Source of the DNA: Chrysomallon squamiferum
Taxonomy: Eukaryota > Animalia > Mollusca
Direction of reading: 5' to 3'
Assembly (NCBI GenBank): GCA_012295275.1
Contig: CM022672.1
Coordinates: 17,050,001-17,114,000, forward strand
Length of the DNA stretch: 64,000 nt
This document shows positions 25,490 to 41,248 of the stretch, in pieces. Position 1 is the first letter of the stretch. Each line of letters opens with the position of its first letter. The notes below the pieces were generated by a model. The model ran no database searches, was not told where the DNA came from, and saw nothing but the letters and a program-made list of their open reading frames with translations. A program made the position numbers and the translations under genes.

Positions 25490-27122
25490 ATTTCACATCC
25501 GTGTTAAGTTTATCTGCGTTATCGACAATAGATAATTTGAAAGTTTCTGTCTTTTCTTCATTCTACAGTATTAAAAAATATACCAGTAAAACAAAACAGA
25601 ATTACAAAATAAAAGTTACTTAATACTGTCAAAGGATATAATAATCTTTGTCTAGCAATGTATAAATTTGAGTGTCTTACAAGAAATAATAATCTTTGTG
25701 TACGTTTTATTGTATTACAAGAAATCATAATCTTTATTTAAAGAATTACGAAAAATGATCTTTAAGTAGTGTGGGTAAGGATTAGTGTATAATAATATTT
25801 GAAGACGAGTAAATTTGTTTTGGTATTTCCTCAAGAGAAGTTCAAGAATGTTTGTAATGGACGCAATTTTACATTTTACCAGAGAGTTCCATGTTTTGGT
25901 TTTGGTTTTGTCAGAAAAAAGATATAATTGTAATTTACATAGCTAGAACATTTTACCATAACTTACCATATCATCTTTAACCTGAATTTTAACTGATTTT
26001 TTTGCTTCTCCATTTTCAAACACAAATTTAACTGTATCTGGTTTAACATAATCTTTGCCTGCAAGAGCTGTGACATCAGTGATTGAAAGATCAAAGAGAG
26101 TTCTCCAGTCGATCCATTTGTTCTGGTTGCAGTCAAAACTACTGGTCCACTAGTCTCGTATGTCGGACTTGGTGCTTCCAGTGATATTGTAGGAACTGGG
26201 AAATAAATATATATGTGTGTATGTGACTATATATGTATGCAAAACGATGTACATAACATAATGTTTTATTAGGTTTGTCTTTGTGTGTCTTTATGTGTTT
26301 GTATGTAATCAAACCCACCACTAATTTATGTGTATGAGCACTTCTGTGTGTCTTGATTTCTAAAGTAAGCCCAATATTATAATGGATAACGATTACACCA
26401 GAGAGGGAAATAAAAAATGTAGATTATATTGTGTCTGTGTGTGTCACTGTGTGTATCTACATATGACTGTATAACTTTTTGTGTCTGAATTGTGTGTGTG
26501 TAACTGTAATTGACAACGTGTGTCTGTGTATATGAGTTTTTCTAACAAACATAAAATTCCTGATTAAACTCACTTCTCTTAATTTTCACTGTAATTTTGG
26601 TATGCTCAATTGCAGTGTAAGCTGGATCATTTGTAATGCTAATTTCAAAGGTTTCATCTTTCGCTTATCTCTTAAAAATAGAAACAGCATTCAAACGAAT
26701 ACTTTTAAAGACTTATTAACTACTACTACTACTACTACTGCTACTACTACTACTGCTACTGCTGCTACTGCTGTTACTACCACTACTGCTACTACTACTA
26801 CTACTAATAATAAATAAATAAATAAAACTGAAAGCAACAGTTTTCAAATCTTACTTGACATGAAAAGTATTGCATTTACTAGTGCAGCATTTCATATACT
26901 GTATAGATAATCTTCTTGCGATTTCAGTTTTTACAGAGAGACCAGCCAAAACAAAACTATTGATAAAATAGGTACAGCCGTTTTAAAATGTCAGATGTTT
27001 TTGGGAGTTCTTTAAGTTTATTCTTCTACATCTTTATACTTTCGACAGTATTTTCTACTGTCTTTTTTTATGTCGTTGCTGCCTAAATACTTTGAACGGT
27101 TTATTATTGTTATTGTTATTAA

Positions 27123-27168
<46 letters not shown>

Positions 27169-27545
27169 TGTTCTTCTTTTGATTTTTGAAATCCAATTAT
27201 CTTACATCTTTTATTCGATTAAAATATACTCTTTTATTGTCATCATTTATTTAACTGAGTAACATTCCATTATATTATTTACTGTGATTATTCCGCACTC
27301 TACTGACCAACATATAAGTTACTGTATCATCCGTTATTGTAAATTGAAAATAGACACCGTCTTCGCCAGCCCCAAAATTCACTTCTAAGCTTGCATACTG
27401 AATATCAGCTGAGGACGAGGTGATATGATTTATCTCTAACTTTACTGTTAATGCTCCACTGTTTGGCATTCTGATTAAAGAAACTAATTCCCTTGTACCA
27501 TCTTCTACTTCCATATTATCAAGAGACATGAATTTTACTTGCGAT
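25490..27545 (-). pseudogene. Calx-beta exon relics of a cluster paralogue (copy D)
   Basis: Calx-beta exon ~27543-27322 (acceptor reads AT where the 49446 paralogue has AG). Exon 26195-25967 is 229 nt versus 230 nt (1-nt deletion). Truncated exon ~25562-25490 matches 60637-60565. Confidence 0.8.
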
Positions 27546-30500
27546 GAAAAAATAAAATTGACGGTATTAGCAAATAAATTCATATATTTAAGTTTAAAAA
27601 ATAGAGTTAGGGCTAAAGATGTTGTAATATAAAATAATATGTAGTGCATGAAACTAATACATTTAGCTATATTTTATTATATCCTAAAAAATGGAAAATT
27701 GGCTATTTCAGGAAAATGAAAATATGCTGAATATTTTGCTTTGCCTGACAGAAAATCATTTACGATTTATGCAGAGGAAGTTAAGGTCGTCATAATGGGA
27801 TAAGGTTTATTAGATAATGTTTATTCAAGCGAACACATAGGAAGATTCGACAGAAAGTTACTTCATCTAAAATAATATTTTTAGGTTTATTATTATTTGT
27901 GCTCTTTCACTGTAATAAAATATAAAGTAGATATTAATAAATAAATGAAATAATTGAAAGAACTGTCTATTCAATTTTCAAATGTGTCCAAAGGCTTTCT
28001 ACCAGTTTCACTTGAAAGTATTTCAGTCCAGTTTCTTCTTAGCATTAGCGAATCATACATATGAAAAAATATAAGATTAACTGGACATTTCAGATAGTAG
28101 ATGCCTCTTTTCTTCTGTTGCGAATAGAGGCTAATATGAAAATTATCTTTTGGATAAATCTCTCTTGGAAAACATGTTCTTTAAAGCTTCTAACAGTGAC
28201 CTAAAGTTGATTTTATTTTTGTCAGTTTTCCTTCTTATTCAGTTACAAATATCTCAAGACAGTTGTTTATCTTTGTAGGCCGTCTGCTACATAATACCTC
28301 TCCACCGTTTTAGCATACCTGTAATTGTTCAAACCTTGGGATGTTCTCTTTACGAAATCGGATGGTAGCATTGCAAAGATGAAGAAGTAATATCAATTTA
28401 ATGCATGCTGTTCCACTAAGCATGTTAACAACACATCACGCTTGTAAAGATGCACAACTGATTTTGCTGTATTCTATTCCAATTACACAGATACGTATTC
28501 AAGAAACTTTGTCTTTTTTCCTCAGCAGTTAAACAGTAGCCTTTTTTCGTATCACTCTTATCATGATACATGACCAATGCATACGATATTAAATAGGATC
28601 TTTTATTTTTAGTACCATTATGTGTATGTTATTTTAATCTATTAAGCATTATATGACATAATCAAAAATTAGATAATTTATTAACGTAATTCAGGTAAAG
28701 GTCAGAAACGTAAATTTGTTTAACGTCTACATGTCACTTCCAGTGACACACACAAATTGCATAAATCGCTCGCGAAGCGTACCTATATTTCACATTAAGA
28801 AAATCCCAAGCATTCAGAAAAAAGATACGTTTATTAAAATGTGGTAAGGGTGCAAGTACGTCATATGTAGCCTAACAGAGATAGAAATGTGAATAAAAGG
28901 TTGATCAGGTGGCTCTGATTTTGCTAGATGAATTAAAGAGGGAATGAATGAACACACCTAGCTAAAAAATTATTAATTTTTTTTAGTAAAGACGTAGTAG
29001 ACTTTCACATTGCTATATCCGTTTAAAAAATGTTGCTACCAACCATTCATCTATGGTAAAGGAACATTACCAATAAAGTCAGATCATTATAATAGCTTAT
29101 TTTTTTCGGTGCGAAATTCTGTTTCCAGTGTTCCACTGTATACTGCGTGCAAATTACTCGTATGTATTATATGAAATATAAACAGATAAAAAAAAAAGTT
29201 CAATGTTTATTATAATTAAAACTGCACTAACCTTTTTTAATTTTACACAATTTGTGTTTTGTTTAAACACATACATACACAGATGTGCGCTAATGCACGT
29301 ATGTCAGTAAAAACAAATATATATTTTGTACGACGTTGAATTTTCTGAACACCTGTGTTCGTCGTTGTCAATAGGATTAATTCTATTTTATGATGCGAGG
29401 GGACAGTTAAGAAAAACAGTTAGGACACCGTTATGCGAATTAAATTTAAAATAACCTCCTTTTTATTATAGCAACTCGGTCTTTTGTTACTTTATTATTA
29501 AATTTGTTTAACTGTAATTCAATACATATTATTGACGATTATTTTTGTGTCAAATACTTGATTATAAAACAGTATTCATGAAGTCATAATTAACTAGAAT
29601 GGTTCTGCATTATGGATTAGGATTAATAACAAGGACATGTTCACGTACACCTCCGTGAAAAAAGGCTAATTCTTTGGCCTTTGAAGTAACGTACACAGTG
29701 TTCTGGCTGTAATGAAAATTTGTTCTTTAAGTCGGTTTAAATTTTATATATAAATAGATTTGATATTACATTTGATGAAAAATGAATTCATATTTGTCAG
29801 AGAAACTACATTTTAATCTTATGTATAATATAAATATGTAATCCAAATAAAAATCGGTAAGATATCACGAATAGTTTTCTTTGTCTACCACAGAAAGTGT
29901 ATGAACATACGGAGTTGAGATTTATAGTTATGCAAATAGCCTCTTTGCATTCAAGATATAATTCTGCATCTGTTAATACTACAATGCAACGATTTATCCT
30001 ACTTCAAAGTTAACTATTGCATGATAATGATGTATGTTTAAATAAAAAATAAATTTAAAAAATTGTATAACAGACTTAGAGTTTAGTACATTTTAATTAA
30101 ACAATTCTATCGATTACTATATAGTTTGTATTACATGATTCATTTGCACGCAGCATTAAGCAAAACAGAAAAAGAAAATATTGTAGCTAAAATAAACTAT
30201 TATCTTTTCTAAGTATTGATACCAATTACCATCTCATTATCCTAGTAGAGAGATGCATGGAACTTTAACATGATTGGCTGGTTACTATACATTTAAAAAT
30301 GATCTAACATGTATAAAACGCAGACACGTAGACTGACTTCACTTGCGAGAGTCCTACGTATTATTTAGAACATCCAGGTTGAAAATTTAGCTGAAACTTA
30401 TTCTTTTGTGGTAAGGTATTAACGAAATTTTACTTATATATTAGCCGTTACTTATTTTATATTTGTGTAATTTAGTACTGCTATATTTTATACTCATGTG

Positions 30501-30865
30501 TTTCAGCTATATTTTTGTCCTATCGTAATGCGTAACTTGTGTTTATCTCTTATATTTTAGCCTTATCATGGACGTCCGGTGGTCTGGGTTCCTCTTTCTT
30601 GTGTGTCTTACATCTAGAGTCTGCCTCGCAAAACGTAAGATATTTATTATCACTTGAAATCTACTTTACAAATTAACACTGATTTATTTTATCAGTTACA
30701 CCTTCAGTATTGACTCTACTTCGATATTTGTCGTTTTGGACAGGAACCCTTTGTAAAATAAATAGTATTATTTTCAGTAGCTGTTTTTGTTCAAACCTAA
30801 TAACTTAATATACACTGAAGGATAGCATACAAAGGTTTCAGAAAAAAAAAAAGAAGATATATATA

Positions 30866-32316
30866 TACTCTCCCAAAAAAGAAACGCAAAATGGTTGATT
30901 TGTTAGATACCTATTGTAAACTGACACATATCAATGTACAAACTATGAATATAATGACATTTGGTTCAAACGTATAGCTTTTGTTACAGTCGCCAAAAAA
31001 CAGGTAACACAAAATAAAGGCTATGATCGTATTTATTAGGCAAAACGTCCCCGCATGCAAACCACGTTACCAGAGCATGTGCACGTGCGGCACAAGAAAC
31101 TTGAATACGAAGGTTATAAAAATGCAAGGTTTTCGAAAACTTCTGTTCGTTATTTTTGTTCTGACCCAACATCAAACAAATGCCACGACTGAGTGAACCG
31201 CAACGAAACAACGCCATCGGCCGTTTACAAGCTGGTGAAACCGTCTCGGCCGTAGCCCGGGTGTACCATGTATCCCCTAGCACTATCTTGAGATTGTGGT
31301 ATCGGTTCCAGCAACACCAAACAACATGTGACCGTCCTAGATCAGGTAGACCACCAGGGCCCATACGGGTACTTCATCTACGGGAAAGAACCACCACGGC
31401 TACCTCTACTGCTTCAGCAATACCAGGTCTGCGTAGAATATCGGCTCAGGCAGTGCGCAATCATTTACGCGAGGCAGGTATTCGAGCCTGACGGCCTATA
31501 AGAAGAGTGGTTTTGACTCAACAACATCGACGACTACGACGTCAGTGGTGTCAATTGCACACAGTCTGGCCTCAGTTACGATGGAGAACTGTCTGATTTA
31601 GCGACGAAGCTCGATTTCTGCTCCGTTGAGCTGATGGAAGATGTCGAGTTTACAGACGTCGTGGTGAACGTTTTGCTGCAAACAGCGTACAGGAAGCGGA
31701 CAGATTTGGCGGTGGTATGGGCAGCAATCTCATACACTGGCAGGACCAACCTGGTTCACATCCAAGGCTACTTAACGGCACAGAGATACCGAGATGAAAC
31801 TTTGCAGCCACATGTCGCTCCAATTATGAATAATGGTAACGCTGTATTCCAGCACGACAATGCGAGACCACATACAGCCAGATTCACATGAGCGTACCTA
31901 CACAACAATAACATTGAGGTCCTGCCCTGGCCCTCTAAATCTCCGGATTTGAACCCTATAGAGCATTTATGGGACGAGTTGGATAGACGACTGAGGCAGC
32001 ATCAACCACAGCCACAGAATCGTGTTCAGTTGGCATTATTACTATAGACAGACTGGGCCACCATTCCACAAGGTGTAATTCGTAACGTCATTACTACCAT
32101 GGGAAGGAGATGTCAGGTAGTTCTGGACTGCCATGATGGGCACACAAGGTATTGACATTATATTGTTATATCCTTGAACTTTAACCTTTTCAGTGTAATA
32201 CCATGAATATTAATGAATTGTAAAATGTGAACATTCTGCTGCTTTCTGTTGATGCATTAGATAGATATTCCCAATGTCAATAAAATCTACTTTTGCGTTT
32301 CTTTTTTGGGAGAGTA
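30866..32316 (+). mobile_element. Tc1/mariner (DD34E) DNA transposon in the intron after the signal-peptide exon of copy B
   Basis: Perfect 26-bp TIRs tactctcccaaaaaagaaacgcaaaa (30866-30891; 32291-32316), flanked by TA. Confidence 0.93.
31180..32155 (+). pseudogene. Tc1 transposase, decayed
   Basis: MPRLSEPQRNNAIGRLQAG HTH, RPRSGRP, V*FSDE, FQHDNARPH, WPSKSPDLNPIEHLWDEL, GHTRY*; several stops and frameshifts. Confidence 0.92.
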
Positions 32317-34919
32317 TATATAATTTGTTTTTGTTTTCTCTTTATTTTTTCTTGTTTTCTTGTCGTTTTTTTTGTTTGTTTTGAAACCGCAAATTCTAGG
32401 AAAAGTAAAATACTTTTATTACATTAGATGAAACTAAAACTGATAATCGGTCAGCTATCAACAACTTGATGAAATAGCGATTACAGAAGAAATGGCGGCA
32501 TCAAAACATCACGTGACTACTGCAGACATTCCATACTTTGCAATCGAGTTGTCGACGGGATTAGGTTGTTAAGTGAATTGATCTAAAAACCACATCATAT
32601 CGATATTTGAAACATTTTGTACTGGTAGTGAGCTTTTGTCAGGCATCTTTAGATATTGTTTTAATTTCACCTTAAGACACCATTTATAATAGTTTTAGTA
32701 TATATCTAAATGTTTGGACAGTAGTGTACTCTTTACTGGAGCAACCAAAAAAAAAAAAAAAAAAAAAAAAAGAAAGAAAAAATATAAATTCAACTCTAAT
32801 ATACAGTACTTAGATTTGGATAATTCAAGTATAGGTAATAAAGAAAATATATAAAGGATACTCCAACTTATTAACTTTGTTTCAGTTTGCATAATAAGTC
32901 TTAGATATTACAGAACGCAAAAACAAAATATGATATTGTACTATAAGGTAATGTTATTTGAGATGCTTGGACGCGGTGATGACTTTCCAGAGCGAAAGCT
33001 CTCGTGTAATATATTTTACCGACTGGTCGGAGTCCTGGTCGTAAATCCGCACGGTCATTAAAAAAGTAGGTAGGTAAGTGAGGAGTGTCTGTATTTTATT
33101 GTCGACAGAAACAAATAAGACAATAACACGGATAGTTAAATATATTTTGACTACTTCACCAGATATAACATTTAAATCACGTACGTCATAATCCAAACTC
33201 GCTATATCGGAACAGACTATGGGAAGAACTAAAATTTATAAAATTGTTTCTTTGTGTCAGTGCGCGTGTGCGTGTATTTTCAAAACTTATTCTAGCTTAG
33301 AAGCCATTTAACATCCTTTAAATAAATTTAGTTGAGTTTATAAAATATTTTCCCTTACCTATGTCGTTTGTTTTGCTATAATGTTTTATTTTACAATTAA
33401 TTTAGCACCTGCATATTATATGAAAGAAGGAAAGGTCAGTGTTGCAGAAGAAGACGGCAAAGTCACAGTAACAGTGAAAAGAAAACAAGGTTCTGGCATT
33501 GTCGTTTCTGCCGTTACGGTGAAATTAGATGTTGTTGAAAAAACAGCAACATCAGCTGATTATAACGTCGCTAACAATCCCATTGAAGTTCAGTTTGCAG
33601 AGAATCAGTTGGAATCTACAGTCGAAATCACAATAATAGATGACAATGTATGCATACTTAATTATATACTTGCACGAACTCATAAATAAGTTAATGATTT
33701 TTAGAAAAGAGAGGGTGTTCAAAAACAAGAAGTTTTCTTTCTAAACAAGTTGTAACTAAAATATCACGGAAACATTTAAACAGGACTTTTATTTATTTAT
33801 TTATTTATTTATTTTCATTAATTATATTATTATTATTATTATTAAAAATTTATTGTTAGTTATAGCAAAAAACACTTTTTACAATTTTACACTAAAATTT
33901 ATCAAAATATAAAATTTGAGATAAATATAGATTTTACATTTTTCTTCATAGAAAAAAAAATATTCCAAATTTTAAATCCACAGGAAAAAGAATCTAGTGA
34001 AACTTTTGAAGTGTCAATTAAATCTGATCCTCAATATGGTATTGGAACCCCAGCAAAGACTGTTGTTACGATAACTGACAACGATAGTAAGTGACGTAAA
34101 CTCATAGATTTCTAAATTAGAACATTAATTCAATGTTTATCTTATTGTTACACAATTGTTGTCATAGGAATGTGGAAAGGAAATAGAATGAATTGAATGA
34201 ATAACATCCCAGTTCCACTGTCAGAAACTGCTCTGAAAATGTCAGTGCTTGAATACTAATAGCTAGAGAAGAAACGCCACTTTTATAATTTTATGCATTT
34301 TACAAACAGCAAGGTATCTGCTCTTCCCTAAATTACTATGTGTACATCAGTATCTGTCTGCACGTATATATTTGTGTCTTTATTAATATACATCTTTATG
34401 TATTTGTTTATGTGTACGTGAACATTTGTGTGTTTTTGTATGTGTATCTATATTTATAGTTAGATAGATACATATCCCCATGGATATAGCGTATAAATAT
34501 TTAAGCTTACAGTTAATATATTCACTTAATTATGTATATATTTCACAGCTCCAATAATATCACTGGAAAAACCAAGCCCAACATACGAGTCTACTGGACC
34601 ATTGGTTTTGACTGCAACAAGAACAAATGGATTGAGTGCAGAACTCTCTGTTGATCTTTCAATCGCTGATGACACAGCTGTTGCAGGCAAAATTATATTA
34701 AACCAGATGCAGCTAAGTTTGTCTTTGCAAATGGAGAAACAAAAAAAACTATTAAAATTGAGCTTAAAAATGATATGGTAAGTTAAGCGAGTTAAATTTT
34801 CTATATATGAACACTACAATTATATTTTGTTCCGACAAAACAAAAACCGGAACATGGAACTCTGTTGTAAAATTTAAAATTGCGTCTATTGCAAGGAGTC
34901 TTGAACTTCATATGAGGAA

Positions 34920-35310
34920 ACACACTAAAACAAATATATACAAATATTATTACTCCTTGTAATACACTAAACATATATTAGAAAGTACCCACTGCTATTA
35001 AAAGAATATTATTATTTTTGTAATACACTAAAACATATATATCCTTTCACAAAACTTATCTTGCGTTACACTAAAACTAATGCTCCCATAACAAATATTA
35101 TTACTTCTTGTAATACAGTAAATATATATTAGAATGTACCCATTGCTATAAGAAGAATATTATATTTTATAATACACTAAGACAAGTACAGCCTTTTACA
35201 AAAATTATTTCTTGTAATACACTAAAATGTACTATCCCTACACAAATATTGTTATTTCTTGTATTATACAAAAACGTATACATCCCTACAAAAAGATTAG
35301 TATTTCCCAT
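34920..35310. repeat. Degenerate intronic minisatellite (tacactaaaac..acaaatattatt)
   Basis: Repeated tgtaatacactaaa motif. Paralogous arrays at ~15170-15470, 25650-25830 and 60780-60990. Confidence 0.6.
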
Positions 35311-38300
35311 AACACTGTTTACACATTTTTAATGAAAAACTGAAATAATATAACTTCATAATTATAATTTCAAATAACTATTAGTCTGAATTTCTAAATT
35401 GTAGACTGAAGAAAAGACAGAATCATTCAAAGTATCTATTGTTAAAAACGACAAAAAGTTTGAGGTCAATGAGCAAAAAGTGACTGCAGAAATTCTGGAT
35501 GATGATGGTATGTATATTATAATTTATAGGGGCGAGTTAAATAAAATTTTACATCATCTTTAACCACTATTTAATCCACAGGACACTTCAAACCTGTACT
35601 CCAACGACTGAACCACATTCACTAATTATTTCCTTAATATAAATATTGAAGAGCTATATGAAAAACAAATAAATATCTAAAATATTTTAAACACTGCAAA
35701 TGTTACGTATTGAATGTTTTATTTAACCATACTCTCCACTTGTTTATAATCTATTGCTGTATATTGTCAAACATTGGGTTATAGTTATTTGAATCAATAA
35801 TTCACTTACCTCAATTCAAATATGTTCATATTGCTATCTTCTTTAAGATGTATCACAACAGTCTACTTCTTAAAGTATTCTATAGTGATTGTAAAGTTCA
35901 ATATTTGTTAACACTTATAGGACCTGCAACTTTTGACTGCCGTCGGCCTGGACAGAACCCTTTGTTCCAATAATGCTGTGTGTAATGAAAAAGGAATCTG
36001 TGGATGTAATGCGCTAGATCCACCACGAGTAGGATACAAATGTGATTATCTTAAAGGTAATAGTTAACTCTGTGTTATCAACATATAAAACTTAAAAGAA
36101 CAAAATGTAATATTTCCTTTCCAGAAATGTAATATTTACTCATATAAAAAGTACATGACCAACAGTCTAAACCAAACGGTTTATTTGTTATAATTATAGT
36201 ACAATATGCAGCCAACAATAACTATTGAGGAATAAAAATTGGGCAATATTATCTTTATCAAACCATTTATTTCTGTCATAAATGAAAATATACCTGTCAC
36301 CAAATACAGATGAAATTTATAAAAAGTAATTAGGTGTCTTGAGATGTTGGTTGATTTAAACCATTGATAAGATCAGCACCTTACATGTCCTCACTTTTAT
36401 GTACATTGCTTCTTATGCTGTGCTGGTCATTGTAAATTGCTTTCTGTACACATCATCATCTTCTGACTACTAACTGCAATTTTTGACTGCTGATTGGAAT
36501 AATTTGAAATAGAAAACTGCTATTGAAAATGGGGTATGTATGTATGTATTTGTAATTGAATGGTTAAAAAACAAATTAATTAAATTGGTATAATAAAATC
36601 CTTATGTATATTAATTTTTACAATGTTAGTAATAATTACCATTATTTAAATAGAAAAGCATTAAAACGTTTTGTTATGTTTCAAATGTTAATGACAAAGA
36701 TTGAAAACTTGCATTTTTATCATTATTATCGTTTCGTTCTTATTATTACTATTGTTATTATTACTTAATTTTTTGTAGATGATGTTGATCATCATTATTT
36801 TTATCGACAATAGTAACATTATTACTGCTGTTGTTCTTGTTGTTACTTAAATTACTTAACTGCAGATGATGTTGATAAAAGTCCATGCAACAAGAAAAGT
36901 TGTCCAGAACATGGAACCTGTGTAGTTGAAGATGGAACATCTAAATGTTTCTGTGAAGCAGGATATGATGACAAAGAGAATTGTCTTTTCCCTAGATGTA
37001 ATTATCTTTAACGCTGTATGTCTGTGTATGTGTGTGAGTGTGTGTATGCGTATGTGAAAACAACAACAAATATACAAATAAACATAAGCGGCATATGTGG
37101 AACTAGAAACGAGACTTGAATTAATACTCAAGATATTTCAATCTATTTCAATATTAATTTTTTTTTACGAATCAGTCATAAATCTTTTTGTATATTGACA
37201 ATATAAAAGAGGAAACTAGATCCTACAATTTCATAGGTCAGTCAATAATAAGCCGCAGTAATTTGTTTTATGTGCTAATTAAAAAAGCATATCATACAGC
37301 TGTTGGTAAAAGAGTCATTTAAAAATTGTTGCCGACATGTTACTCTTCTATTGACTGTTTAATATGTTTTTAACATTTGTTCATGTATGTGTTTATGATA
37401 CAGAATATTTAGAAACATTTTATTTTTATCATGTGTGTTTGCGTACACATACATACATATATACATAAATACACACATACATACATGTATTTGTACATAT
37501 ATCTATGCACCAGTATGTTTACGGGAGCATTTATGTGTGTATGTATGTTTGTGTCCTTGACTGTGTTTCTGAGTTAACATTAAATAATACTTTCTTATTC
37601 AGAAATTTTGTGTATATCCCTATCTTTATTATTATTTGCTTTCATTAAATAAATAATAATTTAAAACGATAATTTGTAAACAGATAAAGTGGTCTGTGGA
37701 AAAAACGATATGGCTATTCAGATTGATCCCATAGGAAGTTTTCAAGGAAAGGTTTATGCCTATGGTTATGAAGATACATGCACATTTGACGATTTTGCCA
37801 ACCAGAAAGAAATGCCTAATACTTTTAACGGTGGGAAGGTGAAGAAAATACCAAATGTTGACACAAAGTGCGGAAATGCAACAACTGTGACTACGGTATG
37901 TATATTAGAAATAATCGCATGGTATGCATGTCTGTGAGATGTAGACCATCTTCTACAGTTAAATGTTTTTAAATACAGATAAACATAATTTAGTGTATAA
38001 TCTAACATCTAAACCAACAGCTGGAATCTCTGAGATTAGAGCAATAGCCCCAAGTGTGAATGATCATTTCTCCTTTATGTAACCATTGGACTATTTGACG
38101 TTCAAACGTTTATCTCGAGGCTTCTTTGAGGATGGCACTCGTATATATTTTAATGTGTGTGGGAATGAACACTTTAATATCTTAGGTTACTTAATGACAA
38201 ATCTGTGGAAATAAAACTTATAACAAAATCCAAATATTTCTAAATTATCATCTTATGACTTATTTATTTAAATTGAAGTTTCTTTAAGATACGTTTAGTA

Positions 38301-38380
38301 ATTATAATCCAAAAACCGATTTTTGCAAAATATCAATTCATGGTGTCAAAAAATAATGAATAAAATAAAATAAAATAAAG

Positions 38381-38423
<43 letters not shown>

Positions 38424-38466
38424 GTAGAAGAAGAAGAAGAAGATGAAGAAGAAGAACAACAACAAT

Positions 38467-38507
<41 letters not shown>

Positions 38508-39514
38508 GAAGAAGAAGAAGAAGAAAAGAAAAAAAAAGGTTATAAATTCAGAAAAAAAATGAAAACAAAGTGTAACTGACAATAGCCATTTGTAGAAACT
38601 GCTCAGAAAATACTACAGTAGATGTACATTTTATGAAATCAGAAAATATCATCAATTTTCGGAACAGAAAACAACACCAAAATCAAATTTATTTTACATC
38701 TCAGAAAATATCACGAACAGCTTATTCATCATTAGCTAAGAACATATTTTTTAAATATCAGTTAGATTAAAACCATATATTTATAAAAATGGGGAAAACA
38801 TGCTTACTGATTAATTTAATTTGAACAATATGAACTTTTTACATAATTATATATACCTACGGCAGTCAAACAAAACTTTTCTTTTTTTTCTTTCAGGATA
38901 ATATTTTACGAATTTATCGCCTGATATACGTGCAGTACAACTCTAAGTTCAAATTTGCTTATGACGAGTTTGTTAGCGCAGAATGTTCTATTGACATGAC
39001 GAAAAACATCACAATTGTATCTCTAAGTCGTGTATCAGCAAGCCAGTAAGTTTAGATTGTTTAAAAAGTTAATATTTTAAATTAGCATTATCTTAATGAT
39101 TATTGATAGCAGATACATAATTACATTTGTTATAATGCTTAGCATCTCATTTTTATTAATTTATATTAATATTTTTATTGATATTATTTATGCAATTATC
39201 AGATAATATAAATGCTGAGATTTGCTATATTTTGTTTATTTACAGCTGAAAGATCTTTTTTTGAAGTACACAAACTAATAAATTTTATGTTACACGTTTA
39301 ATACATCTGTATTACAAAACTAAAATGATATTTTAGGAAGGTAACACGTTTGATGTAATGCACTGAAGTCAATGTTTTACATCGGTCATTGCAATTATTT
39401 TTATTTGTGCAACACGTTTTTGTTTTCTTTAAATGATATTGAGAGGACTCCCAACAAAATAAATAAATAAACAAATATATATTATATTTTAATTTAAGGT
39501 AAATATATATATGT

Positions 39515-39563
<49 letters not shown>

Positions 39564-41248
39564 TGTTTATATGTATGTATGTATACCTACACATACATTT
39601 AATGATAGGAAAATAATCATTATTAAATTAAATATCTGAACAAATAAACCTCTTAATTTGTCTAACCTACAAAGGGCTGATGCAGTTCAAGTGACTTCCA
39701 AAGATGACATCAAGCCTATTAAACTGGTTGTTACAAAGGATGGTGCTGCAGTAAGCAGCAATACATCAGTCAGAATGGGAGAAAAGCTGATGATTATTCT
39801 TTATGTGAATCAGAGCTCAGGTAATTTTCAGCATTTAAACTTTGAATTTGTTTATTTGTGAAATTATCTTTCCTTTGACATTTTTCTCAAAGCTTTTGAA
39901 GCGAAAACATTTTATTGTTTGACTACTCTTAGTGATGTGGAACATCAATAGTACAAATCCATTATCCATTAGTCAAATTATATATACATTATATATACAT
40001 TCAAACAAACCCTCAAAACACACACACACACAACAAGTTGGATAATCGCTGAAATTTGTGTTGCAAAAGGGCTTTTACCTTTTTTCTATTTTTTCTTCTT
40101 AAATATATATATATATATATCCCTATCGCAAATATGCGTTTCATATGTATAATTTCCTTATTCATTTTCAGAAATAGGAGCTTTGTTGGTTTTGGATGTA
40201 ACGATTGACAACAATCAAAATTCAAATCCTGTTGAGATCACAACTGTTAAGGACGGGTAATTGTTTCATTTCATTAGCAGTAATAATTACTACATAGTCC
40301 ATGTTGTCAGCAGAATTCAACAATATTATTTTGTAATATTAAACACTAATTATTCTGAATTAATTTAATGGTTTTGTATATATAACAGGTGTATGTCTCC
40401 ACGCTGTTTTAAGGTTTATTTTCATTCTAAGTTTGTTTTCTTCAGTTGCTTCAAATGATGTGGCAGGCATCATGTCCCCAGTCAAGAGCTTGATGGCTAC
40501 CCCTGACAACGGCGTACTTAAAATCGAGCTTGAATTCAGACCACCCAAATTTAAAAATTCCGATGATGTCAGAATAAAAGTGAATGCTAAGCTTTGTCCC
40601 AAAAGTGATACGAAATCATGTGACTTGGTAAGTTTCTTCCTTGTGAAGAGTTCTGTTCGAAACTAAGTAAATTGTTACATGTGATATATGAATACAGACG
40701 TGGTAGGGATGCACATATGGCAAATACATTCTGTTTTTCTTTATTACGAAATTCATTTCATAATTAAAATTACGTCTGTTTTATACGAAACTTATTGAAA
40801 CTATGGCATCGTGAAAGATAAATGCTCACTTTATTTCAGAAATCACTAATTTGCACCTGTATCTATTATGTATTAGGCAAATATGTAAGATAATTCCTTC
40901 TTCTATGTAAAGAAGATCAGTTAGATATGTAGACTTGTTTTACTGTTGTTGTTGTTGTGTTGTTATTTATAAAGGATGTGTCGTTACGCAGAAACTTTAT
41001 TATAACCTTTCTAAATACATTTCAAACGAATTTTATTATATTTAACTTTATTTAATTCGCATTTTCTGTAAATCGTCTTAGAGAAAAATAATGACTAACG
41101 ATGCATATTTTTTAAAACATAAGTCTCGAAATTCTTAATTCTTTTGCAGCCTAAATCTTGTCCAAAAAAGAGAACGAAGCGATCTGCTGATCGGTATGGT
41201 GATACGAATGTCGATTATGTTTTAAAAGTATTTGATCCTGACAGTGGC

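Noticed and set aside
34690-35965. Compensating -1/+1 frameshifts rescuing copy B
   Set aside because: The shifted frame hits TGA at the exon 4/5 junction before the +1 site.
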